From positions 1 to 56,039 of the forward strand of contig JANDJG010000003.1 in NCBI GenBank assembly GCA_024331085.1: a DNA stretch of 56,039 bases, read 5' to 3'. This document shows positions 10,458 to 20,045 of the stretch, piece after piece (within the stretch, counting starts at the first letter, position 1; every line of letters starts with the position of its first letter). This DNA is from Nitrospira sp. Lineage in GTDB: Bacteria; Nitrospirota; Nitrospiria; Nitrospirales; Nitrospiraceae. Under the pieces are notes generated by a model. The model did not search any database and had not been told where the DNA came from. It saw nothing but the letters and a program-made list of their open reading frames with translations. Both the position numbers and the translations under genes were made by a program.

Positions 10458-11021
10458 TCAGACTTCCATGATCTCCTGTTCCTTTTTTTTGATGATCTCG
10501 TCGATCTTGTGAACGAACTGATCGGTGATCTTTTGCGTTTCTTGTTCGGCCTTGCGCAACTCGTCCTCGGTCAGCTTGGCATCTTTCTGAAGTTTCTTCA
10601 ATTCTTCGTTGGCGTCTCGCCGAAAGCCGCGGATATGCACCTTCGTGTCCTCGCCGTGTTTTTTGCAGATCTTGGTCAGTTCTTTTCGGCGTTCTTCCGT
10701 GAGGGGAGGAAGAGGGACGCGGATGATCTTGCCGTCGTTGGACGGCGTGACGCCCAATCCCGAAGCGGCCAAGGCCTTTTCGATTTCTTTGATCAGATTC
10801 GGCTCCCATGGCTGAATGGTGATCAATCGCGCCTCCGGCGTCGAGACGTTGGCGACCTGTTTCAACGGGGTCATGGTGCCGTAATAGTCGACCCTGACGC
10901 CGTCAAGGAGGGCCACAGAGGCTCGGCCGGTTCTGAGACCGGAAAGATCCCGCTTCAAGTGCTCAACGGCCTGCTCCATCTGATGGGTAAGTTTTTGATG
11001 AACGGGTGTTGCGCCTGACAT
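10458..11021 (-). CDS. frr: Ribosome recycling factor
   Basis: LRTGRAS, VDYYG, PPLTEERRKEL; position in rpsB-tsf-pyrH-frr. Confidence 0.98.
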   Translation of the reverse strand: MSGATPVHQKLTHQMEQAVEHLKRDLSGLRTGRASVALLDGVRVDYYGTMTPLKQVANVSTPEARLITIQPWEPNLIKEIEKALAASGLGVTPSNDGKIIRVPLPPLTEERRKELTKICKKHGEDTKVHIRGFRRDANEELKKLQKDAKLTEDELRKAEQETQKITDQFVHKIDEIIKKKEQEIMEV

Positions 11022-11040
11022 CGTGGACTCCGCGATGAAA

Positions 11041-11766
11041 TCAACGACTGCTCGGCGTGACCAGCGTACCGATCGGTTCGCCCATGGCCACGCGCCGGAA
11101 ATTGCCCTTCACTTTAAGATTGAAAACGATCAACGGCAGGTGGTTGTCCATACAGAGACTGATCGCCGTTGCGTCCATGACCTTGAGATTTTGATTCAAG
11201 ATCGAAAGGAACGGAATCTCCGAATACTTTTGGGCTCTCGGATTCTTGACGGGGTCGTCATCGTAAATGCCGTCGACCTTCGTGCCTTTCATGATGACTT
11301 GGGCGCCGATTTCCATGGCGCGGAGAGCGGCGGCGGTGTCGGTCGAAAAGTAGGGGTTGCCCGTGCCTCCCGCAAAAATGACCACTCGATGTTTTTCCAA
11401 ATGCCGGATGGCCCGCCGGCGGATATAGCCCTCCGCCAGTTGGCGCATTTCAATCGCGGATTGCACGCGGGTCATGATGCCGGCGCGCTCCAAAGCGTTC
11501 TGTAAGGCCAAGGCATTGAGCACCGTGGCGAGCATGCCCATATAATCGGCCGAGGCGCGCTCCATCCCCGACGCACTGGCGGCGATTCCTCTGAAAATGT
11601 TCCCGCCCCCGATCACAAGGGCCACTTGGACGCCGAGATCGACAACGGACTGGATTTCTTCGGCCAGGCTCTCGAGAACGGAGGGCTGAATTCCATAGCC
11701 CTGCTCGCCGGCCAGCATCTCGCCGCTGACCTTGAGAAGGAGACGATGGTATTTGGCTCCGCTCAT
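11041..11766 (-). CDS. pyrH: UMP kinase
   Basis: [33 protein letters not shown]. Confidence 0.98.
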   Translation of the reverse strand: MSGAKYHRLLLKVSGEMLAGEQGYGIQPSVLESLAEEIQSVVDLGVQVALVIGGGNIFRGIAASASGMERASADYMGMLATVLNALALQNALERAGIMTRVQSAIEMRQLAEGYIRRRAIRHLEKHRVVIFAGGTGNPYFSTDTAAALRAMEIGAQVIMKGTKVDGIYDDDPVKNPRAQKYSEIPFLSILNQNLKVMDATAISLCMDNHLPLIVFNLKVKGNFRRVAMGEPIGTLVTPSSR

Positions 11767-12359
11767 GCCTCGCCCAATTGATAGCGGACGAATCGTCGGA
11801 TGTTGATGTTCTCTCCGATTTTTGCGATCTTTTGGGCCAGGAGATCCTTGATGGTGATAGCCGGGTCTTTAATGAAGGCCTGCTCCAGCAAGCAGGATTC
11901 CTGATAGAATTTTTCCAGCTTTCCCTCGACGATTTTCGGCCAAGCGGCGGGCGGTTTTCCCATCTCCTTCGCTTGTCCCTCGTAAATCGCCCGTTCCTTT
12001 TCGACGAGGTCCTTGGGGATATCCTCTCGCCTGACGTACAGCGGTTTGGCCGCCGCGACTTGGAGGGCAAGATCGTTGACGAAGGTTTTGAATTCGTCGT
12101 TGCGCGCGACAAAGTCCGTTTCGCAATTGACTTCGATCAGCACCCCGATTTTCCCCCCCATGTGGATATAGGCGTGGACAAGGCCCTGGTTCGTCTCGCG
12201 CCCGGATTTTTTCGCCGCCGCCGCCAGACCCTTTTGTCGCAGATAGTCGACGGCCTTCTCGATATCGTTGCCGTTTTCAGCCAAAGCCTTCTGGCAATCC
12301 AGAATGCCGGCGCCGGTTTTTTCACGAAGCTCTTTGACCAACTGACTTGATCCCGCCAT
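11763..12359 (-). CDS. tsf: Elongation factor Ts (short form)
   Basis: [26 protein letters not shown]. Confidence 0.98.
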   Translation of the reverse strand: MAGSSQLVKELREKTGAGILDCQKALAENGNDIEKAVDYLRQKGLAAAAKKSGRETNQGLVHAYIHMGGKIGVLIEVNCETDFVARNDEFKTFVNDLALQVAAAKPLYVRREDIPKDLVEKERAIYEGQAKEMGKPPAAWPKIVEGKLEKFYQESCLLEQAFIKDPAITIKDLLAQKIAKIGENINIRRFVRYQLGEA

Positions 12360-12424
12360 AGTCCGTCATCCTTTTTATGGTCGTTCTGCTGAAACCAGGT
12401 CGAGCACGATGAATGGTTGTCCGC

Positions 12425-13198
12425 CTACGATGCCGGAACGCTCTCAAGGCGGACCGTCTGTTTCTTCTCGCCGGCCTCCGGCACGGCTTGAAATTCCGCC
12501 TCCTCTCGTTGGGTTTTGAGATGGGCGCCTTCGATACAGGCATCGGCGATTTTTGAGGTAATGAGCTTGATGGAGCGGATGGCGTCGTCGTTGCCGGGAA
12601 TCGGGTAGGCGATATCGTCCGGATCGCAATTGCTGTCAAGAATCGCGATCACGGGAATGTCCAGCCGCACGGCTTCTTGGACGGCGATCCGTTCGATTCT
12701 GGTGTCAAGCACGAAGATGGCTCCCGGAAGCGTCCGCATGTTTCTGATGCCTGAGAGGTATTTTTGCAACTTGGCGACGTTCTTCTGCATCAGGAGAATT
12801 TCTTTCTTTTTGAGGCCGTGCTCGGCGGGATTTTCCAGGACGGCCTCGAGTTTTTTCATTTTGTCGATACTGCGACGGATGGTCTGAAAATTCGTCAGCA
12901 TTCCTCCGAGCCAACGTTGGTTGACGAAGAACGCATTGGCCCGCTTGGCTTCTTCTTCCAGAATTTCGGCCGCCTGCCGTTTGGTTCCGATGAACAAGAT
13001 CGATTCGCCGGCCGCCACCGTGTCGCGGACGAACGCGTAGGCTTGGTTGAGGCGATCAAGGGTCTGTTGCAGGTCAATGATGTAGATTCCATTCCGCTCG
13101 CCGAAGAGAAATTTTTTCATCTTCGGATTCCACCGATTCGTCTGATGACCGAAGTGGACTCCGGCTTCCAATAACTCCTTGATCGTCACCACTCCCAT
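12425..13198 (-). CDS. rpsB: 30S ribosomal protein S2
   Basis: [37 protein letters not shown]; ATG 13198 with GGAGG RBS. Confidence 0.98.
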   Translation of the reverse strand: MGVVTIKELLEAGVHFGHQTNRWNPKMKKFLFGERNGIYIIDLQQTLDRLNQAYAFVRDTVAAGESILFIGTKRQAAEILEEEAKRANAFFVNQRWLGGMLTNFQTIRRSIDKMKKLEAVLENPAEHGLKKKEILLMQKNVAKLQKYLSGIRNMRTLPGAIFVLDTRIERIAVQEAVRLDIPVIAILDSNCDPDDIAYPIPGNDDAIRSIKLITSKIADACIEGAHLKTQREEAEFQAVPEAGEKKQTVRLESVPAS

Positions 13199-13367
13199 GC
13201 GTTCACCTCCCTTCAAGACTTGCAGAGCGCCCGTGAAACGGGCGAGGGGAACAGCCCCTTAGTCTCAAGCCGAGCAGCGCGTACGCTGATGTTGAATTTG
13301 AAAGAGTCCGGTCTCTATCCCAATGGATAGAGACGGGTTGACAAGTTGTCATCCGCAAAGCGGAGGC

Positions 13368-13396
13368 ACGCTACCATAGTCGCTGAGCATTTTCAA
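13368..13396 (-). promoter_or_regulatory. Putative sigma70 promoter of the rpsB operon
   Basis: Minus strand TTGAAA-17 nt-TAGCGT with an extended -10 TG. Confidence 0.55.
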
Positions 13397-13529
13397 GCGG
13401 TTGAGAGAACATGGTTTTATGCCTCGATCTCAAAATGGGTCGCCCGAATAGGATAAACCCTTGTTTGTCAATGTAAGCCAGACAAGGAGGGGGAAAAGGA
13501 CGTTCGAAGCGCCAGCCTCATTGGAGCCT

Positions 13530-14738
13530 TTAGGACCGGTAGCTGGCGTTAATGCGGACGTATTCGTAAGAGAGATCGGTCGTCCACATGTGCGCGTGGG
13601 CCTTGCCCTGCCCCAGGTCGATTGAGATGGGAAACTCGCGTTGTTTGAAGACCCGGGCGATTTTTCGCTCGGCGTCAAGACCGGTCCCCATTCCTTTTTT
13701 GACCATGACGACATCGCCGAAACGAACCGTGACTCTGTTCGGATCAATCAGGATGCCTGATCGGCCGATTGCCGCCATGACCCGCCCCCAATTGGCGTCT
13801 TCTCCGAACAGAGCGGTTTTGACAAGGTTGGATGTTGCGACGGTGGAGGCCACACGTTTAGCCGCGGCTGCGGTTTTGGCGCCGCTCACCGTAATCTTGA
13901 CGATTTTGGTTACTCCTTCACCGTCTCGGCATATGGCGAGCGCGAGTCGTTCAGAGGCTTCGCGCAACATTTGCTCGAACGCATGATAGTGTCGAGTGTT
14001 CTCCCGGATCGGTCGGTTTCGAGCCATGCCGTTGGCCAGGCACAGGACCATGTCGTTGGTGCTGGTGTCGCCGTCCACGGTGATACAGTTGAAGGATTGA
14101 TCGACCGCCGACGTCAGAGCCCGTTGAAGCGCCGCCGGTTCGATGGCCGCGTCGGTGGTGAGAAAGGCCAACATGGTGGCCATGTTGGGATGGATCATGC
14201 CGGAGCCTTTGGCGATTCCGCCGATCGTGATGACCGTTTCGTTCACCCTGCCGCGGAGAACGACGGTTTTCGGCCTCAAATCGGTCGTCAGGATTGCGCG
14301 AGCGGCCTGCTTTCCTCCGCGGGGACTGAGTCGAGCGATCAGAGTCGGAACGTGGCTGATGATCCGGTCGATGGGCAGGGGACGGCCGATCACACCGGTC
14401 GAACCGACAAACACCTGGTGGGTGGGAATAGAAAGGGCCCGTGCGACCGTCGAGGCCATGGTTTTTGCCGCGACGAGTCCATCCGGCCCCGTACAGGCGT
14501 TGGCGTTTCCGCTGTTTACGATGATCGCGCGACCCTGGCGGCGACCGAGGTGCAGGCGGTTGAGTCGTACGGGAGCGGCCTGAACGCGGTTCTTTGTGAA
14601 GACGCCGGCGATCGGTCCGGCGACTTCTGAAACGATGAGGGCGAGGTCGGGCATTCCGGCCTTCTTGATTCCGCAGTGGAGGCCGGTTGCTTGAAAACCC
14701 GTGGGCGCCGTCACGCCCTGTGCGTGGTCGTTTTTCAC
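13530..14738 (-). CDS. argJ: Ornithine acetyltransferase / N-acetylglutamate synthase
   Basis: VNSGNANACTG, KGSGMIHPNMATML autocleavage site, VDGDTSTND. Confidence 0.97.
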   Translation of the reverse strand: MKNDHAQGVTAPTGFQATGLHCGIKKAGMPDLALIVSEVAGPIAGVFTKNRVQAAPVRLNRLHLGRRQGRAIIVNSGNANACTGPDGLVAAKTMASTVARALSIPTHQVFVGSTGVIGRPLPIDRIISHVPTLIARLSPRGGKQAARAILTTDLRPKTVVLRGRVNETVITIGGIAKGSGMIHPNMATMLAFLTTDAAIEPAALQRALTSAVDQSFNCITVDGDTSTNDMVLCLANGMARNRPIRENTRHYHAFEQMLREASERLALAICRDGEGVTKIVKITVSGAKTAAAAKRVASTVATSNLVKTALFGEDANWGRVMAAIGRSGILIDPNRVTVRFGDVVMVKKGMGTGLDAERKIARVFKQREFPISIDLGQGKAHAHMWTTDLSYEYVRINASYRS

Positions 14739-14778
14739 CGTATGTTTCCAGAAAGAAAGTGGCGGAGACCGGTGAATA

Positions 14779-15831
14779 TCACGGATAGCTGCTCGGCGCC
14801 GTCAACCCGCTGTCTTCGGGAAGGCCCATCATTACATTCATCGCTTGGATAGCCTGGCCGGCCGCACCCTTGACAAGATTGTCAACGGCCGCGACCGTCA
14901 CGACCCACCCCGTTCGAGCGTCCAGATACACGCCGACGTCGCAAAAGTTTGAACCTTTGAGATAACGAGGATTGGGGATAATGTCGCCAAATAACCGGAC
15001 GAACCGCTCTCCTTTATAAAAGTCCGCGTAGAGGGCCCGGAGTTCCTCGATCGTAGTCGGGCGCATCAGCTTACAGTAAGCCGTACTCAGGATTCCTCGA
15101 TTCATGGGTACCAAATGGGGGGTGAAGGTGACCGTCACCTGTCCCGGTGATCCGAGGATTCCCGCAAGCTCCTGTTCAATTTCAGGGACATGGCGATGGG
15201 TGCCGATCTTGTAGGGTTCGAGCGATTCATGGGCTTCCGGGAAATGATAGGGCAACGCCGGGCTTCGCCCCGCACCGGAAATGCCGGATTTGGCGTCGAT
15301 GACGATTGTGTCCGGTTGGATGACGCCTCTGGCGACCAAGGGCGCCAACTGAAGGATAGCAGCCGTGGGATAGCAGCCGGGAGAGGCAACCAGTTTCGTT
15401 TTGGCAATGGCATGTCGATGGAGTTCCGGCAAGCCGTAGACGGCCTTCTTTAATAAATCGACATGCTTGTGTGGCGTTTGGTACCAGGATTCGTAAGCAG
15501 CGGCATTCTTGAGGCGGTAATCGGCGCTCAGATCAACGACAAAGAGACCCGCTCTCACACAGGAAGCGACCGGTTCCTGCGATTTGGTATGGGGGAGGGC
15601 CAAAAAAACGGCGTCGGCTCGTTCGGCCAGTGCCTCGGGTGCCAGCGATTCAAAACGATGATCGACAATGCCCGTCAGGCTGGGGAAGACCGAGGCGACC
15701 GGTTGGCCGACTGATTTCTCCGACGTCACAGCGGTGATTTCGTAATGGGGATGGGCGGCGGCAAGCCGAACGAGCTCGGCTCCCGCATAACCGCTGGCAC
15801 CTGCAATGGCGACCCGGAATTTCTTGGGCAT
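14779..15831 (-). CDS. argC: N-acetyl-gamma-glutamyl-phosphate reductase
   Basis: GASGYAG, DLSADYR, PGCYPT, DNLVKGAAGQA. Confidence 0.97.
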   Translation of the reverse strand: MPKKFRVAIAGASGYAGAELVRLAAAHPHYEITAVTSEKSVGQPVASVFPSLTGIVDHRFESLAPEALAERADAVFLALPHTKSQEPVASCVRAGLFVVDLSADYRLKNAAAYESWYQTPHKHVDLLKKAVYGLPELHRHAIAKTKLVASPGCYPTAAILQLAPLVARGVIQPDTIVIDAKSGISGAGRSPALPYHFPEAHESLEPYKIGTHRHVPEIEQELAGILGSPGQVTVTFTPHLVPMNRGILSTAYCKLMRPTTIEELRALYADFYKGERFVRLFGDIIPNPRYLKGSNFCDVGVYLDARTGWVVTVAAVDNLVKGAAGQAIQAMNVMMGLPEDSGLTAPSSYP

Positions 15832-15888
15832 GAGTCTTACCTCATATTCGTATTCGAATTGAGGAACGGAACGGTATGGAGGAGAGAT

Positions 15889-15919
15889 AAAAAACGGGAA
15901 GGCCTTAAACCTTCCCGTT
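15889..15919 (-). terminator. Rho-independent terminator after rpsI
   Basis: Minus strand AACGGGAAGG-tttaagg-CCTTCCCGTT-TTTT. Confidence 0.8.
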
Positions 15920-15943
15920 CCAGAGAACCGGCACCTCCTGACA

Positions 15944-16336
15944 TTACCGTTTTGAGTATTGGAATCGCTTGCGGGCGCCTTTCTGACCGTACTTTTTTCG
16001 CTCTTTGACGCGCGAGTCTCTCATGAGGAGTCCTTCCTTCTTGAGAGGGGGGCGAGCCGATGGGTTCATGGCGACGAGAGCTCTTGCAATGGCGTGCCGA
16101 AGTGCTCCGGCTTGTCCTGCCGGTCCGCCGCCGTACACGGTCGCGTTGATCGAGCACTTGCCAAGAAGCCCGGCTAACTCGAGCGGAAGTTGAATGATTT
16201 GTCGCAAGGTGAGACGGGGAAAAGCCTGTTCCAGCGGTTTTTCATTAACCGTGATTTCGCCGGCGGTCCCGCTCACCCACGCCCTCGCGACCGCGCATTT
16301 TCTGCGACCCGTTGCATAGTGTGGTGCCACTGCCAT
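15944..16336 (-). CDS. rpsI: 30S ribosomal protein S9
   Basis: GRRK.AVAR, GGG..GQAGA.RH, ERKKYG.KGARKRFQYSKR. Confidence 0.98.
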   Translation of the reverse strand: MAVAPHYATGRRKCAVARAWVSGTAGEITVNEKPLEQAFPRLTLRQIIQLPLELAGLLGKCSINATVYGGGPAGQAGALRHAIARALVAMNPSARPPLKKEGLLMRDSRVKERKKYGQKGARKRFQYSKR

Positions 16337-16378
16337 GAGAGTTGTCTCCTTCCGTCTGTCCTGTAGCGTGATTGTTCT

Positions 16379-16804
16379 TTATAAAGAAATCGGTTCCGGC
16401 TGTTGTGCGTGATGCGGGTGATCCGGGCCGGTGTAGACCCGGAGCTTTCTGGCCATACCGTTTCCAAGCGGGTTTTTGGGAAGCATCCCTTCAATGGCTT
16501 GAACAAGCAATTGCGAAGGGTCTTTTCGAAACAGGTGCTCGGCCGAAGCGGTCTTCAGGCCTCCTGGGTAGCCGGTGTGGCGACGGTACAGCTTGGTTTT
16601 CATCTTATTGCCGGTCAATTGAATCTTTTCCGCATTCACGATAATGACGTGGTCTCCCATGTCGACATGGGGGGTGAATGTGGGGCGGTGCTTTCCCCTT
16701 AAAAGGGCTGCGACTCTGGCGGCGAGTCGTCCGAGAGTTTTCCCTTCTGCGTTGACCAGATACCACGTATGCCGGACATTGGCCGGTTTTTCAAAGTAGG
16801 TCAT
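16379..16804 (-). CDS. rplM: 50S ribosomal protein L13
   Basis: WYLVNA.GKTLGRLA, LRGKHRPTFTPHVD.GD, HTGYPGG; ATG 16804 with GGAG RBS. Confidence 0.97.
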   Translation of the reverse strand: MTYFEKPANVRHTWYLVNAEGKTLGRLAARVAALLRGKHRPTFTPHVDMGDHVIIVNAEKIQLTGNKMKTKLYRRHTGYPGGLKTASAEHLFRKDPSQLLVQAIEGMLPKNPLGNGMARKLRVYTGPDHPHHAQQPEPISL

Positions 16805-16842
16805 TGCGTGTCTCCTCGATCTCGTTTCTCCAAAACGATAAG

Positions 16843-17331
16843 TTAAACTTCCTGCGTTCCGAAATTTTTTGACTCGACTTTGCTCAACCATGCTTCAAGG
16901 TTTTGGCCGCCTCTCCGCTTCCAGACGTCCTGCGTCACGTAGATCGGAGCGTGGCAACGCAATGCCAACGCGATGGCATCACTCGGTCTTGCGTCAATGG
17001 TTCGAGTCACTCCGTTACTTCGGACGTAAACCGTCGCGAAGTAAGTGTTGTTTTTTACATCCGTGAGGACCACCTGCGTCATCGTGATGCCGAGATGGTC
17101 TCCGAAATTTTTGATCAGATCGTGGCTCATGGGTCTCGGGGTGACCGAAACGTCCAACGCTCTCCGAATCGCTTCACCTTCCGATGCTCCCACCCAGATC
17201 ATGAGATGTTCCGTGGGAACGTCGGTGCGTGAAAGGACGGCGATGCGAGTATCGGTGGTCGCGTCGTCGACGACACGGTCGACCGACAGTTGAAGCAACG
17301 GCTCTGCGGATTCGATCGTCGGTTCAGGCAT
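16843..17331 (-). CDS. Bifunctional nuclease family protein (DUF151), paralog 2
   Basis: IWVG..EG.AI, PRPMSHDL, IDARPSDAIALALR; start uncertain (17331 or 17355). Confidence 0.88.
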   Translation of the reverse strand: MPEPTIESAEPLLQLSVDRVVDDATTDTRIAVLSRTDVPTEHLMIWVGASEGEAIRRALDVSVTPRPMSHDLIKNFGDHLGITMTQVVLTDVKNNTYFATVYVRSNGVTRTIDARPSDAIALALRCHAPIYVTQDVWKRRGGQNLEAWLSKVESKNFGTQEV

Positions 17332-17335
17332 GGCC

Positions 17336-17791
17336 TCAGGAATCCAGTTTCCCAAAATCTTCCGGCTTCAAATTTTCCAACCACTGATCGAGCTCTTCCG
17401 AGCTTTGTTTTTTGATGACCGATTCATTGACGAAAATCGGGGCTTCCGACCGAAGCGCCAACGCGATGGCATCGCTCGGCCTGGAGTCCACCGTGTACTC
17501 CGAATCGCCGTACATCAGGTGGATTTTGGCGAAATAGGTATTTTCGTTCAAATCGGTGATGACCACGCTGATGACTTTGGCATTCACCGCATCCAAATAG
17601 GCCTTCATGAAATCATGAGTCATCGGACGAGGCGGCGCAATGTTCTCCAGAGCCAAACTGATGGAACTCGCTTCCGGTTTTCCGATCCAAATCGGCAGCA
17701 TTTCCGATTGGTTTTCATCCCGCAAGATCACGATGTAGGCGTTATTGTAGGGATCGAACATCAATCCCTTGACGTGCATCTGGGTGATCAT
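17336..17791 (-). CDS. Bifunctional nuclease family protein (DUF151), paralog 1
   Basis: LPIWIG..EA.SI, PPRPMTHD, DSRPSDAIALALR, WLENLKPEDF. Confidence 0.92.
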   Translation of the reverse strand: MITQMHVKGLMFDPYNNAYIVILRDENQSEMLPIWIGKPEASSISLALENIAPPRPMTHDFMKAYLDAVNAKVISVVITDLNENTYFAKIHLMYGDSEYTVDSRPSDAIALALRSEAPIFVNESVIKKQSSEELDQWLENLKPEDFGKLDS

Positions 17792-18019
17792 ATGGTCAAT
17801 CCAGCTTCAACCTTTGCGCTGTGCTTTGAGCACGACGCACTATGGCGAAAAAGAAACAAGCAAACGTAGCACTTCTCAATTCATACTGTCAATGAAGGCC
17901 CATTTGCTCAAAGGCCTCGACTCATGGAGACGTTCAGTGGGAGTCACCGTCAAAAACAAAAAATGGAGAGCGGGTGGGGACGACGATGGCGCCGCGCAAC
18001 AGGGTTGTGCGTTACTGCG

Positions 18020-18301
18020 TTACTGATTGAGAGGCCGGTAGTTTTCCGCCACCTTGGACGAGTCGACGGGCTCGCCCAGCTTCAAGAAGGCTTTCATCTG
18101 TTTTCTGACCAGCTCGCGACCGCTTTCATCGCCGAGATTGACGCGGTATTCATTGATGATCATGACCCGCATCCCCTCCCATTTTTTCCAACAACTTTGA
18201 CAGACCTTGGCCTTAACCTCCGCCTCGAGTTTTCCAAGAAAAAGGGGAGCCGTGATGGCTTCTCCGGTCTGCCCGCATGTGACGCACGCTACTTCCGCCA
18301 T
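18020..18301 (-). CDS. YggX-like Fe(II)-trafficking / oxidative-damage protection protein
   Basis: W..W....MIINEYR.NL.D...R..L..QM..FL signature. Confidence 0.8.
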   Translation of the reverse strand: MAEVACVTCGQTGEAITAPLFLGKLEAEVKAKVCQSCWKKWEGMRVMIINEYRVNLGDESGRELVRKQMKAFLKLGEPVDSSKVAENYRPLNQ

Positions 18302-18531
18302 GTCCGTGATACTCCTTGTTGTTTACGCGAAGTTTTGAAAACGGTGCTAAAGTGTGGATATCGAGATTCATTATGATGAGCCACGCGATGCACTATAGCA
18401 AACCTCGGTTTAGGAAAAAAGGGATGCGGGTACTTCTCTCCTCCTCCTCCTCCTCCCAGTGACGTCTCTCATTGACCGTAAAGGGCTGTCATGTTACAAG
18501 AGCGTTCCTTAGTGGTAGTGCAAAGAGTTTA

Positions 18532-18618
18532 GCCCGGATGGCGGAACTGGCAGACGCGCCGGACTCAAAATCCGGTTCTCGCGAGAGAGTGGGAGTTCGA
18601 CCCTCCCTCCGGGCACCA
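18532..18618 (+). tRNA. tRNA-Leu (anticodon CAA)
   Basis: GCCCGGA/TCCGGGC acceptor stem, anticodon arm CCGGA-CT CAA AA-TCCGG, long variable arm, GTTCGAC T-loop, encoded CCA. Confidence 0.97.
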
Positions 18619-18645
18619 CGATTTGCAGAAGACGTATCGTCCCTC

Positions 18646-18674
18646 TTGACAGTGGCATGCAGTTGGCCTAGGGT
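18646..18674 (+). promoter_or_regulatory. Putative sigma70 promoter
   Basis: TTGACA-17 nt-TAGGGT upstream of the secreted-protein gene. Confidence 0.5.
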
Positions 18675-18834
18675 TCATGCAATACACATGGACGAAGATT
18701 TGCGAAGATTTGATTGGATTAGAAGGTTCTGAAAGAGTTCTGAAATAGGTTGACGATCGTTGTCGCGAAGAAGTTCACAATATCGGCGTATTCTTTTGCA
18801 CCACACCATGCTTTTACTTACAAGGAGGCAGTCC

Positions 18835-19584
18835 ATGCGTAAGGTGTTGGCACTGGGAGCCGCGATTTTATTGGTCGGCTCTGGAGGCGTTGCAAAGGCT
18901 CAAGAGCGCCTGCAGCAATCGTCTGGCGGATCCGCAATGGGCGTAGGAACCGGGGTCGGCGACGTCTCCGGGCACGCAAACCGCGTACAAGCGTTCGATC
19001 GGAATGCGTTTCTCGATCGCCTTTCATTGCCGGAAACCATTTACGGACGGGTGCTGGCTATCGATTTCCCCGGAGGGAAGATGCATCTGGAGACCGGCGG
19101 GAGCTCGCACGATGAAGGAAGAGCCGGTTTGGGAGCCATGAATTCGCTCGTGGTGTTTTTCGATGAGCGAACCAACATGGATCAAATCCGGACCTTAAAC
19201 GCGGGTGATGATATTTCTTTGCAGGTCGTCGAGGCGACGACCACTCACCAGGAATTTGGGACCGGTCGGAAAATCGTTCGTGAAGTCTACGTGCTGCGCG
19301 GGAATGAGAAGCTGGCGGGATTCGGTGGTCTGGGACAGCGCCCCGACCCATCAACCGAACGGGGAATTGAAACGAGCAGCGGTAGCATGACGGGCGGTGT
19401 CGCCGGCGGAGTGATACCGGGCAAGATCGGAGGAGTAATCGACACGACGATCGGCGAATACACGGGATCGGCTCCGTGCTGGAATTGCGAGCCTCAACCT
19501 GGCTGGGGGTATGGGTCGAAACAGACCAAATCAGACTACGGAACGGACCTCGCAAAGCCGAATCTGGTGAAAGGGCTCGAATAG
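18835..19584 (+). CDS. Secreted hypothetical protein
   Basis: AAGGAGG RBS, signal peptide MRKVLALGAAILLVGSGGVAKA, Gly-rich segments, C-terminal CWNC, own terminator. Confidence 0.85.
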   Translation: MRKVLALGAAILLVGSGGVAKAQERLQQSSGGSAMGVGTGVGDVSGHANRVQAFDRNAFLDRLSLPETIYGRVLAIDFPGGKMHLETGGSSHDEGRAGLGAMNSLVVFFDERTNMDQIRTLNAGDDISLQVVEATTTHQEFGTGRKIVREVYVLRGNEKLAGFGGLGQRPDPSTERGIETSSGSMTGGVAGGVIPGKIGGVIDTTIGEYTGSAPCWNCEPQPGWGYGSKQTKSDYGTDLAKPNLVKGLE

Positions 19585-19619
19585 AACAGAACGACCGGAC
19601 AACGAGCGGCTCTGTCGAG

Positions 19620-19654
19620 AAAAGAGGGTGATGTTCGTCACCCTCTTTTTTCTT
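19620..19654 (+). terminator. Rho-independent terminator
   Basis: AAAAGAGGGTGA-tgttcg-TCACCCTCTTTT followed by further T's. Confidence 0.88.
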
Positions 19655-19778
19655 AACTTGTTTCTTAGTGTGACACGGTGGTTTTCGACTATGGGAAAGT
19701 CGGAGTGGAGAAGGGAACCACGGTCTGGATCCAAGATGTCGATCTGTTTTTTTTGCAATATAGATGCGTGAGGGTGAG

Positions 19779-20045
19779 ATGAGCGACGGTGGAAAGCCCC
19801 AGGCTCTCTATGAATCGGACGAAGAACTCGACCTTCGTGGCGTCATTTGTCCCTATAATTTTGTCAAGACGAAGCTCAAGTTGGAAACAATGAAGCAAGG
19901 ACAGGTTCTCTCTGTCTTGCTAGATGACGGCGATCCAATCAAAAACGTTCCCAAAAGCGTTGAGAACGAAGGCCATACGGTTTTGGCGTTGGAGCAGGTC
20001 GATCGAGTGTATCGCGTGTTGATTCGTCGGGAAGACAACGACTAA
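19779..20045 (+). CDS. TusA/SirA-family sulfur carrier protein
   Basis: LDLRGVICP.NFVKTKLKLE.M..G.VL.V.LD motif. Confidence 0.88.
   Translation: MSDGGKPQALYESDEELDLRGVICPYNFVKTKLKLETMKQGQVLSVLLDDGDPIKNVPKSVENEGHTVLALEQVDRVYRVLIRREDND

Noticed and set aside
18438-18455. (CTC)6 microsatellite
   Set aside because: Short, intergenic, with no evidence of function.
18532-18618. tRNA-Leu as an integration site
   Set aside because: No integrase and no duplicated tRNA 3' end seen in the window.
18653-18667. Sigma54-like TGGCATGCAGTTGGC
   Set aside because: Imperfect -12 box; it lies within the spacer of a better sigma70 match.
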